Of a stretch of DNA of 63,892 nucleotides, positions 29,274 to 38,343 are shown piece after piece. Source of the DNA: a virus (taxonomy: Duplodnaviria > Caudoviricetes); the IMG/VR virus record IMGVR_UViG_3300033433_000002, positions 1 to 63,892 of that record; one strand, written 5' to 3'. The first letter of the stretch is position 1. Every line of letters begins with the position of its first letter. The notes beneath the pieces were generated by a model that was not told where the DNA came from, searched no databases, and saw only the letters and a list, made by a program, of their open reading frames with translations. A program made the position numbers and the translations under genes.

Positions 29274-30380
29274 TTACGGCTTGGCCGCCGCTGTATCAAT
29301 CGCCATCACTCCGAAGTCGTTGCCATTGAAGGTCGTTTTGCAGAACCCCCAAATGGTATGGGTCGAAATGGCGATACGGTTTCCGTGGTCCTTCTCTTCT
29401 TCATGCCATCCGAATCTCAGTTCGTTCCCGGGAGATCCGAAAGCGACGACTCCGGCCTGAACCCCAAGGAACAGGGCGCGGGTTGCTTCTATGGCACCGC
29501 TTCCGTAGTCCGTGAATTTGATGCAATCCGGGTGAGAATGGAGGACAACCCCATTCCACATACCGAGACCGCCTTTGAGGAAAAGGTTGTCTTTCCCTGA
29601 AGCCGTGGCGATGGCTCTCTGGATGTCTGCCCAATCCATTGAGGTTGTATTCCTACGAAGGCTGTACTTCTGGTAGGAATTCATGATCATCAAAAAGACG
29701 TTCTCTCCGTCAACATCTGCCGGTGTGATCTGAGGAACTTCCGAATAAACCGGCCCACCTCCACCCATCATTTCGGCGTAGGCTACCGCCTTGTCGATGG
29801 GAAGGGTTGACATGGTATCCGTCACCGTAACGGTGGCTTTCGAGGTCGCGGTCCCACCATAGACGATATGGTTGGTGTCCGGAGCGGTAAAGCTGTTGTT
29901 GGCGAATCCCGTATAGGTCGTCGGGAAAACAAACTCGTTGGTTCCCCGGGCTCCCGAGAGATACATGAACATGATCTGGTTGAAGACCCGAGCCCACCAA
30001 TCGACTTCCCTGGCCTTGGCAATCTTTCGGAGATCGTGGACGGTTCGCTTCCGGGTCATTCTTCCACCCGAATCTGCGGCGCCACGCATCTGATCGATGT
30101 AGATTGCGCTTGTGAAGAAACTTAACTGCTCCTCCTTGCCTTCGAGAGAAGAATCACCCTCGACGGGCTGCATGTTGAGCTGCATACTCAACTCAAATGT
30201 GATCTGTTCCCCCGCGTCTTTCTCCAGGTCCGTCAACTGCTGGATCGGTCTGGTCGCGGGTTCGCCTTTTCCCATCCATTTCCGAGTGAAGATTGCCTTA
30301 CGGCCCACATCGACCGCCAGTGTGCCCGAATAGCGCTTGACGGCCTTTTGGTCATTCAAACCTATGATGGTTTGCGCCAT
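29274..30380 (-). CDS. Major capsid protein, N4-gp56/DUF4043 family
   Basis: DLEKDAGEQITF, LEGKEE, IDQMR, MTRKRTVHDLR, G..GMWNGV, RALFLG.QA...AFG, DFGVMAIDTAA. Confidence 0.9.
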   Translation of the reverse strand: MAQTIIGLNDQKAVKRYSGTLAVDVGRKAIFTRKWMGKGEPATRPIQQLTDLEKDAGEQITFELSMQLNMQPVEGDSSLEGKEEQLSFFTSAIYIDQMRGAADSGGRMTRKRTVHDLRKIAKAREVDWWARVFNQIMFMYLSGARGTNEFVFPTTYTGFANNSFTAPDTNHIVYGGTATSKATVTVTDTMSTLPIDKAVAYAEMMGGGGPVYSEVPQITPADVDGENVFLMIMNSYQKYSLRRNTTSMDWADIQRAIATASGKDNLFLKGGLGMWNGVVLHSHPDCIKFTDYGSGAIEATRALFLGVQAGVVAFGSPGNELRFGWHEEEKDHGNRIAISTHTIWGFCKTTFNGNDFGVMAIDTAAAKP

Positions 30381-30440
30381 GATACTCCCTCCCTTTCTTA
30401 GATTTTTTGCCGTCGTTAGGCTGTTCGTGGCTATACATAT

Positions 30441-30686
30441 TTATCCTCTAAACCTGAGATCGTTTTTGTCGGTTTCTTCCGAGTCTGTTCCCTCCCTTCT
30501 CTCTGGAATAATCTGTTGCTGAAACACTTTTATCGGTATCGATTTGTCGGCCCGGATCTGGAAAAGCTGAAGGTTTCCCTTCTTCCATTCGAAACAAATT
30601 GAAATCTCCTTCTTGCAACCTTCCCTCATGGCCGATAAGTCAAATATCAATTCATCGGTCACATTCAAAAGCTTCGTGAGTGCCAT
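30441..30686 (-). CDS. CsrA-like small protein
   Basis: Aligns by eye to CsrA: L....V.DEL..., I.I....KKGN.....I.A.K.I.I; lies between scaffold and capsid. Confidence 0.45.
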   Translation of the reverse strand: MALTKLLNVTDELIFDLSAMREGCKKEISICFEWKKGNLQLFQIRADKSIPIKVFQQQIIPERREGTDSEETDKNDLRFRG

Positions 30687-30689
30687 GGT

Positions 30690-31718
30690 TCACCTTCCGG
30701 CCTCGTATGCCTCTTTCTGCGCGGGCGTCAACCTTTCGAGAGCTGATTCAAGGGCCTCTCCCCTCAACTTGTCCAGGGCAGCAAAGACACTCTCGGTCGT
30801 TTGCCGTTGAGCTTCCGGGACATCGGTGAGGGTCTTGTGGTCGGGAAGTTTCGCCGGGGGCTTCTCAACTATCTTCTTCTCCGGTTCTACCGCCGGTGCC
30901 TGAGCCTTCCCGAACTGCTTCTTCACCATACGGTCAGCTTCGACCAAAAGTTCCATGTGATCGTAATTGGAAGAGAGCTTCTTAATCGCGGCATTGAGAG
31001 CACCATAAAGAAGATCTGCCCCATCCCCGGTCAAATACTCCTTCCGGGCCTGAAAGAACCGCGCCTGTTCCTTCTCCCATGTGACGTTATCCCTGGTGGC
31101 TTCCCTCGTGGCATTTACTCTCAGGGTATGCTCCCCTATGAGTTCATCCCTTGCATCCTCGTATCCGGCCTGGTCAATGTCCCCGTCATTCAGTTTCTTT
31201 CGAAGTTCCTCAATCTTTGCCTGAACATCAGGTGGCCTCTTCATGCTGAGGGCGGGGAGTTCCGAGTCTGCAATAACAGGCCTGAAACGGAGAAGATCGG
31301 TGTCGGAGACGTTTTCACGTGAAACCTCTTCACCTTTCTTAGTTGCCGCTTCTGCAGCTACCTTGTCGGCTTCAATCTGTTCCGGTGTCTTGCCTGACGC
31401 CTTGGCTGCTTCTTCTTCGGCCTTCTTCTTCGCTGCTGCCTCTTCGTCAGATTTCTTTTTGACTTCGGCCTCTTCCGCCGCCTTCTTCTCGGTCTCCAAC
31501 TCTTCCGAGGTCTTGGTTTCCCCTGCCAACTCCTTCAACGCGGCCTCGTCAACCTTCTCTTCTTCCTCTTCCTCCCCGTCCTTCTCGGCCTTCTGGTTGG
31601 CAAGAACACCCTCTTTCTCGGCATCGGACAGGTCAACCCATTCGTCCTCGGTGAAACCCTCGGGCACCTTTTCTTTCTCTTCCTCTGGGAATTTCAGTTC
31701 TTCTTGTTCTCCTGCCAT
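30690..31718 (-). CDS. Capsid scaffolding protein
   Basis: Acidic helical protein; TL.DVP and LE.AL..LTP.Q...Y C-terminus; upstream of capsid. Confidence 0.75.
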   Translation of the reverse strand: MAGEQEELKFPEEEKEKVPEGFTEDEWVDLSDAEKEGVLANQKAEKDGEEEEEEKVDEAALKELAGETKTSEELETEKKAAEEAEVKKKSDEEAAAKKKAEEEAAKASGKTPEQIEADKVAAEAATKKGEEVSRENVSDTDLLRFRPVIADSELPALSMKRPPDVQAKIEELRKKLNDGDIDQAGYEDARDELIGEHTLRVNATREATRDNVTWEKEQARFFQARKEYLTGDGADLLYGALNAAIKKLSSNYDHMELLVEADRMVKKQFGKAQAPAVEPEKKIVEKPPAKLPDHKTLTDVPEAQRQTTESVFAALDKLRGEALESALERLTPAQKEAYEAGR

Positions 31719-31745
31719 GGTTCGTTCCTCCTTGGTTGGGGCAAC

Positions 31746-31787
31746 AAAAAAGGGGCAATCAGTGTGTCGGCACCGACATGCCCCTTT
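31746..31787 (-). terminator. Intrinsic terminator/attenuator before the scaffold gene
   Basis: AAAGGGGCA-TGTCGGTGCCGACA-CACTGAT-TGCCCCTTTTTT on the minus strand. Confidence 0.7.
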
Positions 31788-31847
31788 CTCGTTCTTGCGT
31801 CTCCGTCAGCCTGGCCGAGCCTCGGGAGAACCCCTATTTAATTTTCA

Positions 31848-32102
31848 TCACCCGATCGTGAAACTCTTGAACCCCCCGCCCCTGATCCCGATATAGAGGA
31901 ATCCGGAATAAAGGGCCATACTCAGAACGTCCCCGCCGACGTTCCCGAGAAGCGTCAACGTCTGGGCTGCCGTCCGGTACCGGTAGACGTTCCCCTTGTT
32001 TGTCCCGAGATACATGGTCCCAAGACCACTTTCGACCACATCAACCGTCGAAACGACCTCTTCCGTTAAATCTTTCAGTTTTACCTGAGTTCCTGCTGCC
32101 AT
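31848..32102 (-). CDS. Small beta-propeller-blade-like protein
   Basis: MYLGTNKGNVYRY and LYIGIRGG blade repeats. Confidence 0.5.
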   Translation of the reverse strand: MAAGTQVKLKDLTEEVVSTVDVVESGLGTMYLGTNKGNVYRYRTAAQTLTLLGNVGGDVLSMALYSGFLYIGIRGGGFKSFTIG

Positions 32103-32120
32103 TGTCCCAACCTCCCCTCT

Positions 32121-32708
32121 TTATATTTTGACGATGCGATGAGCGCAAAATCCTTCAGCAAAATGCCCGTTGCCGGGAATTAGGGACCCAAAGAATCGAT
32201 TTTGCGCTTCCATGATTTCCATAAACTTCGGGCGCCTTTCCATCTGTGACTTGAACACCGATACCAGCTTTTTCTTAGCTTCAATGTCAATAACTGCAAG
32301 ATAATTCGGATAGTAAGAATGAGAAGTAGTGCAAAGATACCGAAGAACTGTAATCTGAACATTTCGGGATACCGCATATCCCACCTTCGACGCAAAGTTG
32401 TGGTCCTGGTGATAATCGGATTCGAACGGAAAATAGAGGATGGTTGGTTTAATCGCATCCAACTGAAACACGATACTCTCAATCGACCATGGATGGTTGA
32501 AACAAATCAACACTGCGTTCCAAAGCAAACGACAAGACTCTCGCTGTTCTTCAAGCCTTATATTGGATGGGCCACTCAATTCTTCATTGGCTTTCATGAC
32601 AGCAATCGAGAGACTATCTTTTTCTTGAATATGTCTAATCAGAGTCCCCCCCATGGCTAATTCCACGTCGTCAAAATGGGCGCCTATTGCCAACACTCTT
32701 TCCATCAT
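32121..32708 (-). CDS. PIG-L/LmbE family de-N-acetylase
   Basis: VLAIGAHFDDVE..MGGT; R..E; D.HQDH; FKSQ; AEGF. Confidence 0.9.
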   Translation of the reverse strand: MMERVLAIGAHFDDVELAMGGTLIRHIQEKDSLSIAVMKANEELSGPSNIRLEEQRESCRLLWNAVLICFNHPWSIESIVFQLDAIKPTILYFPFESDYHQDHNFASKVGYAVSRNVQITVLRYLCTTSHSYYPNYLAVIDIEAKKKLVSVFKSQMERRPKFMEIMEAQNRFFGSLIPGNGHFAEGFCAHRIVKI

Positions 32709-33532
32709 GAATACGCCTCTTCCCAACTCCGGTATTCGCCCTCAATGGCTGTGAACTTGAACCGAATCCCGTTTCTTCTCAACTGGTTTTTCACTCTCTC
32801 GCTCTCTTCCGTAGCCGGTCCCTCGATGGTCCTACCCTTGATGTCGAAATAGGTATCCCCACAGATCACGACCTCGGATCTGTTTACTTCTTTTATAGAA
32901 ATCCCTTTTATCCCCAACCTCGCTACTGCATCGTGATCCTCGACGGGATAGGCGTTCTCTTTCAGGACCTTCACCGGTATCCCACCGGCCAAACAACCAG
33001 AGGGTAGGTTGCAGTTCACGAGTGACATGGCAGCGACGACCACGTTATCACCTATTTGAGTGCCAGGGTTCACCCACGCATGAGGCAACCAAACCCTGTG
33101 GCCTATCTTCACGCCTGCCCATTGGACCGGGAAGCCCTGATCACAAGGAAGATAGGCACCATGGGTAAAGATTCTGCTCCCCACTCCCACGCCTACCTCT
33201 TCCCCACATTCGACACCCCGGGCGATATTGACCTGAGAGAATTCCCCCATGTGAAACCAATCCCGGGCATTCAAGAAGGCTCCCTTGTCTTTGCACGATC
33301 CTCCACCTATCCGGGCATAATGATCAATGTATGATTCAGTTCCAAGCACCACCGAGTTCCCTTCCACCCTTGCCCCAGACCTTATGATGGTCCGATCCCC
33401 GATAAACCCTCCTACCACATCAAAAGTAACGCCCTTCTCTATCAAGACATGCCTTCCAAATCTACAACCAAGATATTGAAAGTCATTGTCGTTCTCGTTG
33501 ATCAGGGCATCGTGGTCGAAAAAAAGGCTCAT
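32705..33532 (-). CDS. Hexapeptide-repeat (LbH) acyltransferase
   Basis: IFTH, VKIGHRVW, VNPG..IGDNVVVAA.SLV..NLP...LAGG.P.KV. Confidence 0.9.
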   Translation of the reverse strand: MSLFFDHDALINENDNDFQYLGCRFGRHVLIEKGVTFDVVGGFIGDRTIIRSGARVEGNSVVLGTESYIDHYARIGGGSCKDKGAFLNARDWFHMGEFSQVNIARGVECGEEVGVGVGSRIFTHGAYLPCDQGFPVQWAGVKIGHRVWLPHAWVNPGTQIGDNVVVAAMSLVNCNLPSGCLAGGIPVKVLKENAYPVEDHDAVARLGIKGISIKEVNRSEVVICGDTYFDIKGRTIEGPATEESERVKNQLRRNGIRFKFTAIEGEYRSWEEAYS

Positions 33533-34050
33533 GGCATTATTCCTATGCCGGTAGTATGTTGCCAGTTTCTTCCTCTTAATATTGCATTTATTGTCACACG
33601 ACTAACTCCATACTTATCTGCAATCTTTTGTTGAGAAAGATTTTCTGAATTATAAAGATGAACTATTTCATCCACCTCATACCGTTTCAGGATTGACGTT
33701 GGGTTCATCTCTCCTTTTCGATCTCCGTTACGGCACCTCCCCTTGTTTACCATATCGGTATGGTTATCGGAATTTGTTCCCAAGAAAAGATGATCAGGTC
33801 TAACACATATTGGATTATCGCAACGGTGCAGAGCTTGAAGCCCCTCTGGAATAGGACCGTTATGGATTTCCCATGAAACTCGATGAGATAGAACGGCTTT
33901 CCCATTCATACTAATCTGGCCATAACCTCTATTGTTCAAACATCCCTTCCAATGCCAACAGTTTTCAGTCTTTTCTACTTTTTCCCAAAATCTTTCTTTT
34001 ATGGGTCTTCCAATGAATCTCCCATAATTATCCTTAGTGTGACTACTCAT
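33529..34050 (-). CDS. HNH homing endonuclease
   Basis: RFWEKV..CWHWKG..GYG..HRVSWEIHNGPIP..LHRCDNP.CV.PDHLFLGT..DN; C-terminal HTH. Confidence 0.9.
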   Translation of the reverse strand: MSSHTKDNYGRFIGRPIKERFWEKVEKTENCWHWKGCLNNRGYGQISMNGKAVLSHRVSWEIHNGPIPEGLQALHRCDNPICVRPDHLFLGTNSDNHTDMVNKGRCRNGDRKGEMNPTSILKRYEVDEIVHLYNSENLSQQKIADKYGVSRVTINAILRGRNWQHTTGIGIMP

Positions 34051-34988
34051 TAGACTCGCACCCCCTGACAACAATCTACTCTTGTACATGGAAATCCTAT
34101 TTCTTCAAAGCGACCTTCCTCTAACTTCTTAACAAGATCTTTTCTGCGATTAGATTTTGCAATTTCATACAATGAGTCTTCGTTAACATTTCCAATCACG
34201 AGTTCGTTTCCTACATCGAAACAGCACGCATAGGCATCACCTTCTGGATTGATGTAGGCGACATGCTTTACCCGTTCAAGATTAGGGCATCTAAAAGGTC
34301 CCGACCTCGGATACCCTGAATACCGCTCTGCCCAGAAGAGGACAGAATCGATCCCGACGGTATCAGATAAAGGATTGAGTATCGACTTCACCTTGAGCAA
34401 TGTTAGTTCCCTATCCTCTGGGTGAAGAGGTTCCTTAAACTTTGCTGGGGGCCTCACATACTCTTTCATCACGGCATTGTAATAGGTGGCCTGAGTGATG
34501 ATGTGACCAAGGAGCTTTATGGGAGACTTCATTGAATCCCGGATCTCGATAAACCTTTTGATGTTATTCTCCACCGTCTTCAAATCAAGCCCCTTAACGG
34601 CCTTATAAGACTCCGGAGTAACCCCATCGATATTGAAATGAATCGAACCGGTAAGATTCTCGGTGATGATAACGAGGGCAATTTTCTCGGTGATTAAAGA
34701 GAAATTCGAGAACAGTGTCACCTCTAATCCATGAGCCCGTACAGTTCTGAGAATATCCAGAATGTCAGGGTTCAAGAATGGCTCCCCATTCTCGGCGCAG
34801 GCAGCATGAACCACGGGATGTTGGGCTTTGAATTCTGGTTTGGTGACTTCTTCCATGATTCTCTCAACCAGGGAGACCGACATAAACCTTTTGTCTTTCT
34901 CGACGGTCACAAACGACCTCGGACAAAAGAGACATGATGCGTTACAAATGTTGCTCACTGCTAGATTCACTTCTCGTATCTCCATCAA
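34050..34988 (-). CDS. Radical SAM/SPASM-domain protein
   Basis: CNASCLFC, GEPFL, INPEGDAYACCFD..IGNV..SL.EI. Confidence 0.9.
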   Translation of the reverse strand: MMEIREVNLAVSNICNASCLFCPRSFVTVEKDKRFMSVSLVERIMEEVTKPEFKAQHPVVHAACAENGEPFLNPDILDILRTVRAHGLEVTLFSNFSLITEKIALVIITENLTGSIHFNIDGVTPESYKAVKGLDLKTVENNIKRFIEIRDSMKSPIKLLGHIITQATYYNAVMKEYVRPPAKFKEPLHPEDRELTLLKVKSILNPLSDTVGIDSVLFWAERYSGYPRSGPFRCPNLERVKHVAYINPEGDAYACCFDVGNELVIGNVNEDSLYEIAKSNRRKDLVKKLEEGRFEEIGFPCTRVDCCQGVRV

Positions 34989-35983
34989 CTTACTACCCGC
35001 GTTTTGGCATAAGCCAATTCTTCTTCGAATGTAAAAACTAGTCCCTTTTCCATCGTGAGTTTACGGACATCTTCAGGGACAGTTTCATTCCAGATCCGAT
35101 ATTCCCTTTTTAACCACCAAGGGACCTTCATAAACTCATTCTCGGTGATTCCATGCTTTACAAAGTTTTTCGAAACGGTTCCGGCCCAATGATGGTAAAA
35201 ATACGCCTCTGACTCTGAAGGTCCCACATAGGTATATCGGTGAGGCAATCCTACGGAATTCGCCTCTGCATCCTCAACCATGGCTCCTGGCAATCTAATA
35301 ACTTCCCATTGCATCTCTACCCTATTCGAAATCCAGTTCCCTGGCTCTGGGACCCAATGATCCCTCTCAAAAGGATAGACATTCCCAAACCCTCGACACT
35401 CCAAGAATGGCCCCCATTCTCCCATGGGTATCATTTTCCCAGCGGTGTCTTTATATTCAACGGCTAGATCGATCCGCCTTGACATATTCCTTCCGTAGCA
35501 AACCGCTAGGTCTTTATTCGAAAGACACTCGGCCTTGAGATTCTTTAGAATAGAGGTTCGGTAAAGGGCTCCGGCCGGACTGATGTAATGCCTCCAATCG
35601 TCTATCCCGATCGACCAATACCAACCAATGATCGCAACATAGGGGTCTTTCTCGAATGACAACATCCAATCGAACCAATGATCTCTCATCACCTGAACAT
35701 CACTTTCAAAGGCGATGAACCATGGAGTTTCGACAAGATCAATGGCCATATCTAGGGCGACCTGATGACCGGCAATGTTCGGATCCCGGGGTTCGATAAC
35801 TTTTACTCCTTCCCCGAGTCTCGTTTCGGTCAGAGCCTTTATGGAAGGATGACCCACGCTGTTGTTCACAACCAGAATATCGAAATCGGCCTCGTTCTTG
35901 TGAGTCTTCAGTGAAGCCACGCAAATCTGAATCCAACGCGGTGAAAACGCATGTGGGATCACAACCGTTCCAATTTTACCCAT
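34985..35983 (-). CDS. GT-A fold (GT2-like) glycosyltransferase
   Basis: VVIP..ILVVNN..H..ALD.A...TPW...ESD; YFYHHW. Confidence 0.75.
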   Translation of the reverse strand: MGKIGTVVIPHAFSPRWIQICVASLKTHKNEADFDILVVNNSVGHPSIKALTETRLGEGVKVIEPRDPNIAGHQVALDMAIDLVETPWFIAFESDVQVMRDHWFDWMLSFEKDPYVAIIGWYWSIGIDDWRHYISPAGALYRTSILKNLKAECLSNKDLAVCYGRNMSRRIDLAVEYKDTAGKMIPMGEWGPFLECRGFGNVYPFERDHWVPEPGNWISNRVEMQWEVIRLPGAMVEDAEANSVGLPHRYTYVGPSESEAYFYHHWAGTVSKNFVKHGITENEFMKVPWWLKREYRIWNETVPEDVRKLTMEKGLVFTFEEELAYAKTRVVS

Positions 35984-36968
35984 CAATCTCCTCGAATCTC
36001 TGAACGACCTTTCCTGTTCGTGTTTCCTGTTCAAGAATCTTCTGAGCCAAAGCGTTCCCTTCGGCCTGATATTTTAAAAACTCTACTCCAGTCTTAGGAA
36101 ACCATTCTCCATTCCAAGGGATCACGGCCCCCGCCGCCTTTGGGTCGGTAAGCTGAAACGGGGTCTTTATATTGTTCTTGTTGCTTACCTGCGCCAGCGC
36201 GGTAGCCGAAAACATATGCTTTGGAGATAAAGAAAACTTTCTTTGAATGATTGCCATGCTCAGACAATTCGGCTCTACAATCAAAGACCACTCGTCAGAC
36301 CGAGCGACCCAGTCCCTTACCGCAACACCAACCTCATATGTACAGGCGGTAAAGTCATGAAAGAAAGCGTATCCCCCGGGAGTTAGAAACGACAACAACT
36401 TTATGTCGTTTTCAATTCCTTTAACGGAATGATCCCCGTCAATGACAACAATATCAATCGGATCTTTCCACCGAGGAATGAAATCAAAACTTGATTCGTG
36501 ATGAACGGTGCAGATGTTTTCCATTCCCCATTTCTCGATCATCCGGGCGACCGCAGCATGGTTAGAATTGAGAACGTTACCGTTTCCATCTTCTTTTCCG
36601 TAGGGATCAAGACTGTCCGACAGAAACACATCACAGGTATGAAGATACCCTAATCCATTGTGCCTTAGTCCCCAAAGGAGACAAGCGGTCGATCCTCCGG
36701 CCCCGATCTCAACGATAACCTTTGGCCTCATGGCCCTGACAAATCCATAAAGAATCCATCCGATTCCAAGGGTCCGAGGGAGTGAATTAAAACCTGATCC
36801 CATTCTATACTCTTCTTTTCCTGGTACTCCGAACATGGCAGATGCTTCGTTTGCGACGATCTCTTCTTCAAGTTGATTGAATTCTTTGGGATGAATTATC
36901 TCGCTCCATACCCAAGGATCGCAATTTTTTATTAACTGTTCTTTTAATAACTCTTCTTCTGAACTCAT
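35976..36968 (-). CDS. Class I SAM methyltransferase (Methyltransf_24-like)
   Basis: RPKVIVEIG..G.ST, IDGDHS, L.PGG...FHD. Confidence 0.85.
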   Translation of the reverse strand: MSSEEELLKEQLIKNCDPWVWSEIIHPKEFNQLEEEIVANEASAMFGVPGKEEYRMGSGFNSLPRTLGIGWILYGFVRAMRPKVIVEIGAGGSTACLLWGLRHNGLGYLHTCDVFLSDSLDPYGKEDGNGNVLNSNHAAVARMIEKWGMENICTVHHESSFDFIPRWKDPIDIVVIDGDHSVKGIENDIKLLSFLTPGGYAFFHDFTACTYEVGVAVRDWVARSDEWSLIVEPNCLSMAIIQRKFSLSPKHMFSATALAQVSNKNNIKTPFQLTDPKAAGAVIPWNGEWFPKTGVEFLKYQAEGNALAQKILEQETRTGKVVQRFEEIDG

Positions 36969-37522
36969 TGAATCTTTCCTTCGATCAAGAAACAACCAGT
37001 CTGGATAAATGGACACAACCACATGGGGCTAAATTCCTTCTGGATCTCATCTCCAGTCCAGTCCCATAGGTGTTTATTCAACTCGTTTTCCTCATAATCC
37101 ACCGGGCCCTGAAGGTATCCCGTTGACCATGACCGACCCATCTTTACCGGCAGGGCTCCCCAAAGAAATCGACAATGTAACCTCAACCAACTCACAACCT
37201 CAATGGCGTCTTCTTTTGTCAAATGCTCCAGGATGTCGCCCGCGACAATCAGATCGTAGTCAGGCAGTTCCTTACAAAGTCCCTGGATCTCCCGGTTCCA
37301 TACCATGTCATACTTCTCGCAAAGGTTGTGCCGGAAAATGTATGTCTGAAATGGTTCGACGGCTTCGATGGTGACTTCCCTTCCAAAGACCTCCCGGATC
37401 AGGTCTCCGTAGAGACCGGCACCGCAACCCACATCCAGGAATCGATTGAACCCGAGAGGCTTGGCCATGTGAATGAGCCAATCTTTGAAAAGAAGTTTGC
37501 CTTCACTCGCGCTAAATGCCAT
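36965..37522 (-). CDS. Class I SAM methyltransferase
   Basis: LDVGCGAG.YG, AVE, YDLI..GDILEH. Confidence 0.85.
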   Translation of the reverse strand: MAFSASEGKLLFKDWLIHMAKPLGFNRFLDVGCGAGLYGDLIREVFGREVTIEAVEPFQTYIFRHNLCEKYDMVWNREIQGLCKELPDYDLIVAGDILEHLTKEDAIEVVSWLRLHCRFLWGALPVKMGRSWSTGYLQGPVDYEENELNKHLWDWTGDEIQKEFSPMWLCPFIQTGCFLIEGKIQ

Positions 37523-38343
37523 TACCAGATACCACCTTCCCAGGTGGCCCATTTGTCTAAGACATATTTGGGCCAGGAGAAATCAATCTTCTCTGACTTT
37601 CCCATGTTCACATCAGAATTGAACCAATGAGGACATGATGTTGGAGGATAGAGTGGTTTTGTTCTGTCTATTTCATCAATCCCTTCTGACCAAAAAGCAA
37701 AGGCCTTGGGGCCAAATAGTCGATGTAAATGCACGTTGTTAATTCCTTCCAACCAATAGACCGGCACCGGATCAGGAGTTAGAACAGGATGAAGGCACCC
37801 AGAAATAATAGGATTTGGCATATAAGAATATTTCCCGGCCCTCCAGACCTGCGTATGGGGATCGACAAACTTAATCCCATCCGGTGAAGTCTCTATCGAT
37901 GTTGGATGAACTGATCTGTGAGTCTTGGAGATAAAACGATCTCCGGCTACCCGGACACCGTTAAGGTCTGGATTCTCGGTTAGGATCTTTTCGAGTTGGG
38001 AAAAGAAGAACGGAGTATATATTTCGTCTGCGTCGAGTTTTAGAATCCAATCAGGCCTTCTAATCTCTTCGCATCTTTTCACGGCCATGGTCCTAAACTT
38101 TGGTTCGTCATAATCCTTTCCAAACCTATCACCAACCCACGTTTGGACCCTCTCGCAAAATATTTGACCCGGAAGAGAAATGGTTTCATCCCTCATTAAA
38201 CTTGCAATTTTCTCATACGTTCCATCATCTGACATCTGGTCCTGAACATAAACACCTTTCACGTGGGGAAGGACACTCTTGAGTGCCATGTCCACATAGT
38301 ATTCGTCATTCTTCACCACCATGAATGCCGCGATGTTTAACAC
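37522..38343 (-). CDS. GT2 family glycosyltransferase
   Basis: MVVKN.E, D..S.DGT, DWILKLDADE. Confidence 0.88.
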   Translation of the reverse strand: MLNIAAFMVVKNDEYYVDMALKSVLPHVKGVYVQDQMSDDGTYEKIASLMRDETISLPGQIFCERVQTWVGDRFGKDYDEPKFRTMAVKRCEEIRRPDWILKLDADEIYTPFFFSQLEKILTENPDLNGVRVAGDRFISKTHRSVHPTSIETSPDGIKFVDPHTQVWRAGKYSYMPNPIISGCLHPVLTPDPVPVYWLEGINNVHLHRLFGPKAFAFWSEGIDEIDRTKPLYPPTSCPHWFNSDVNMGKSEKIDFSWPKYVLDKWATWEGGIW

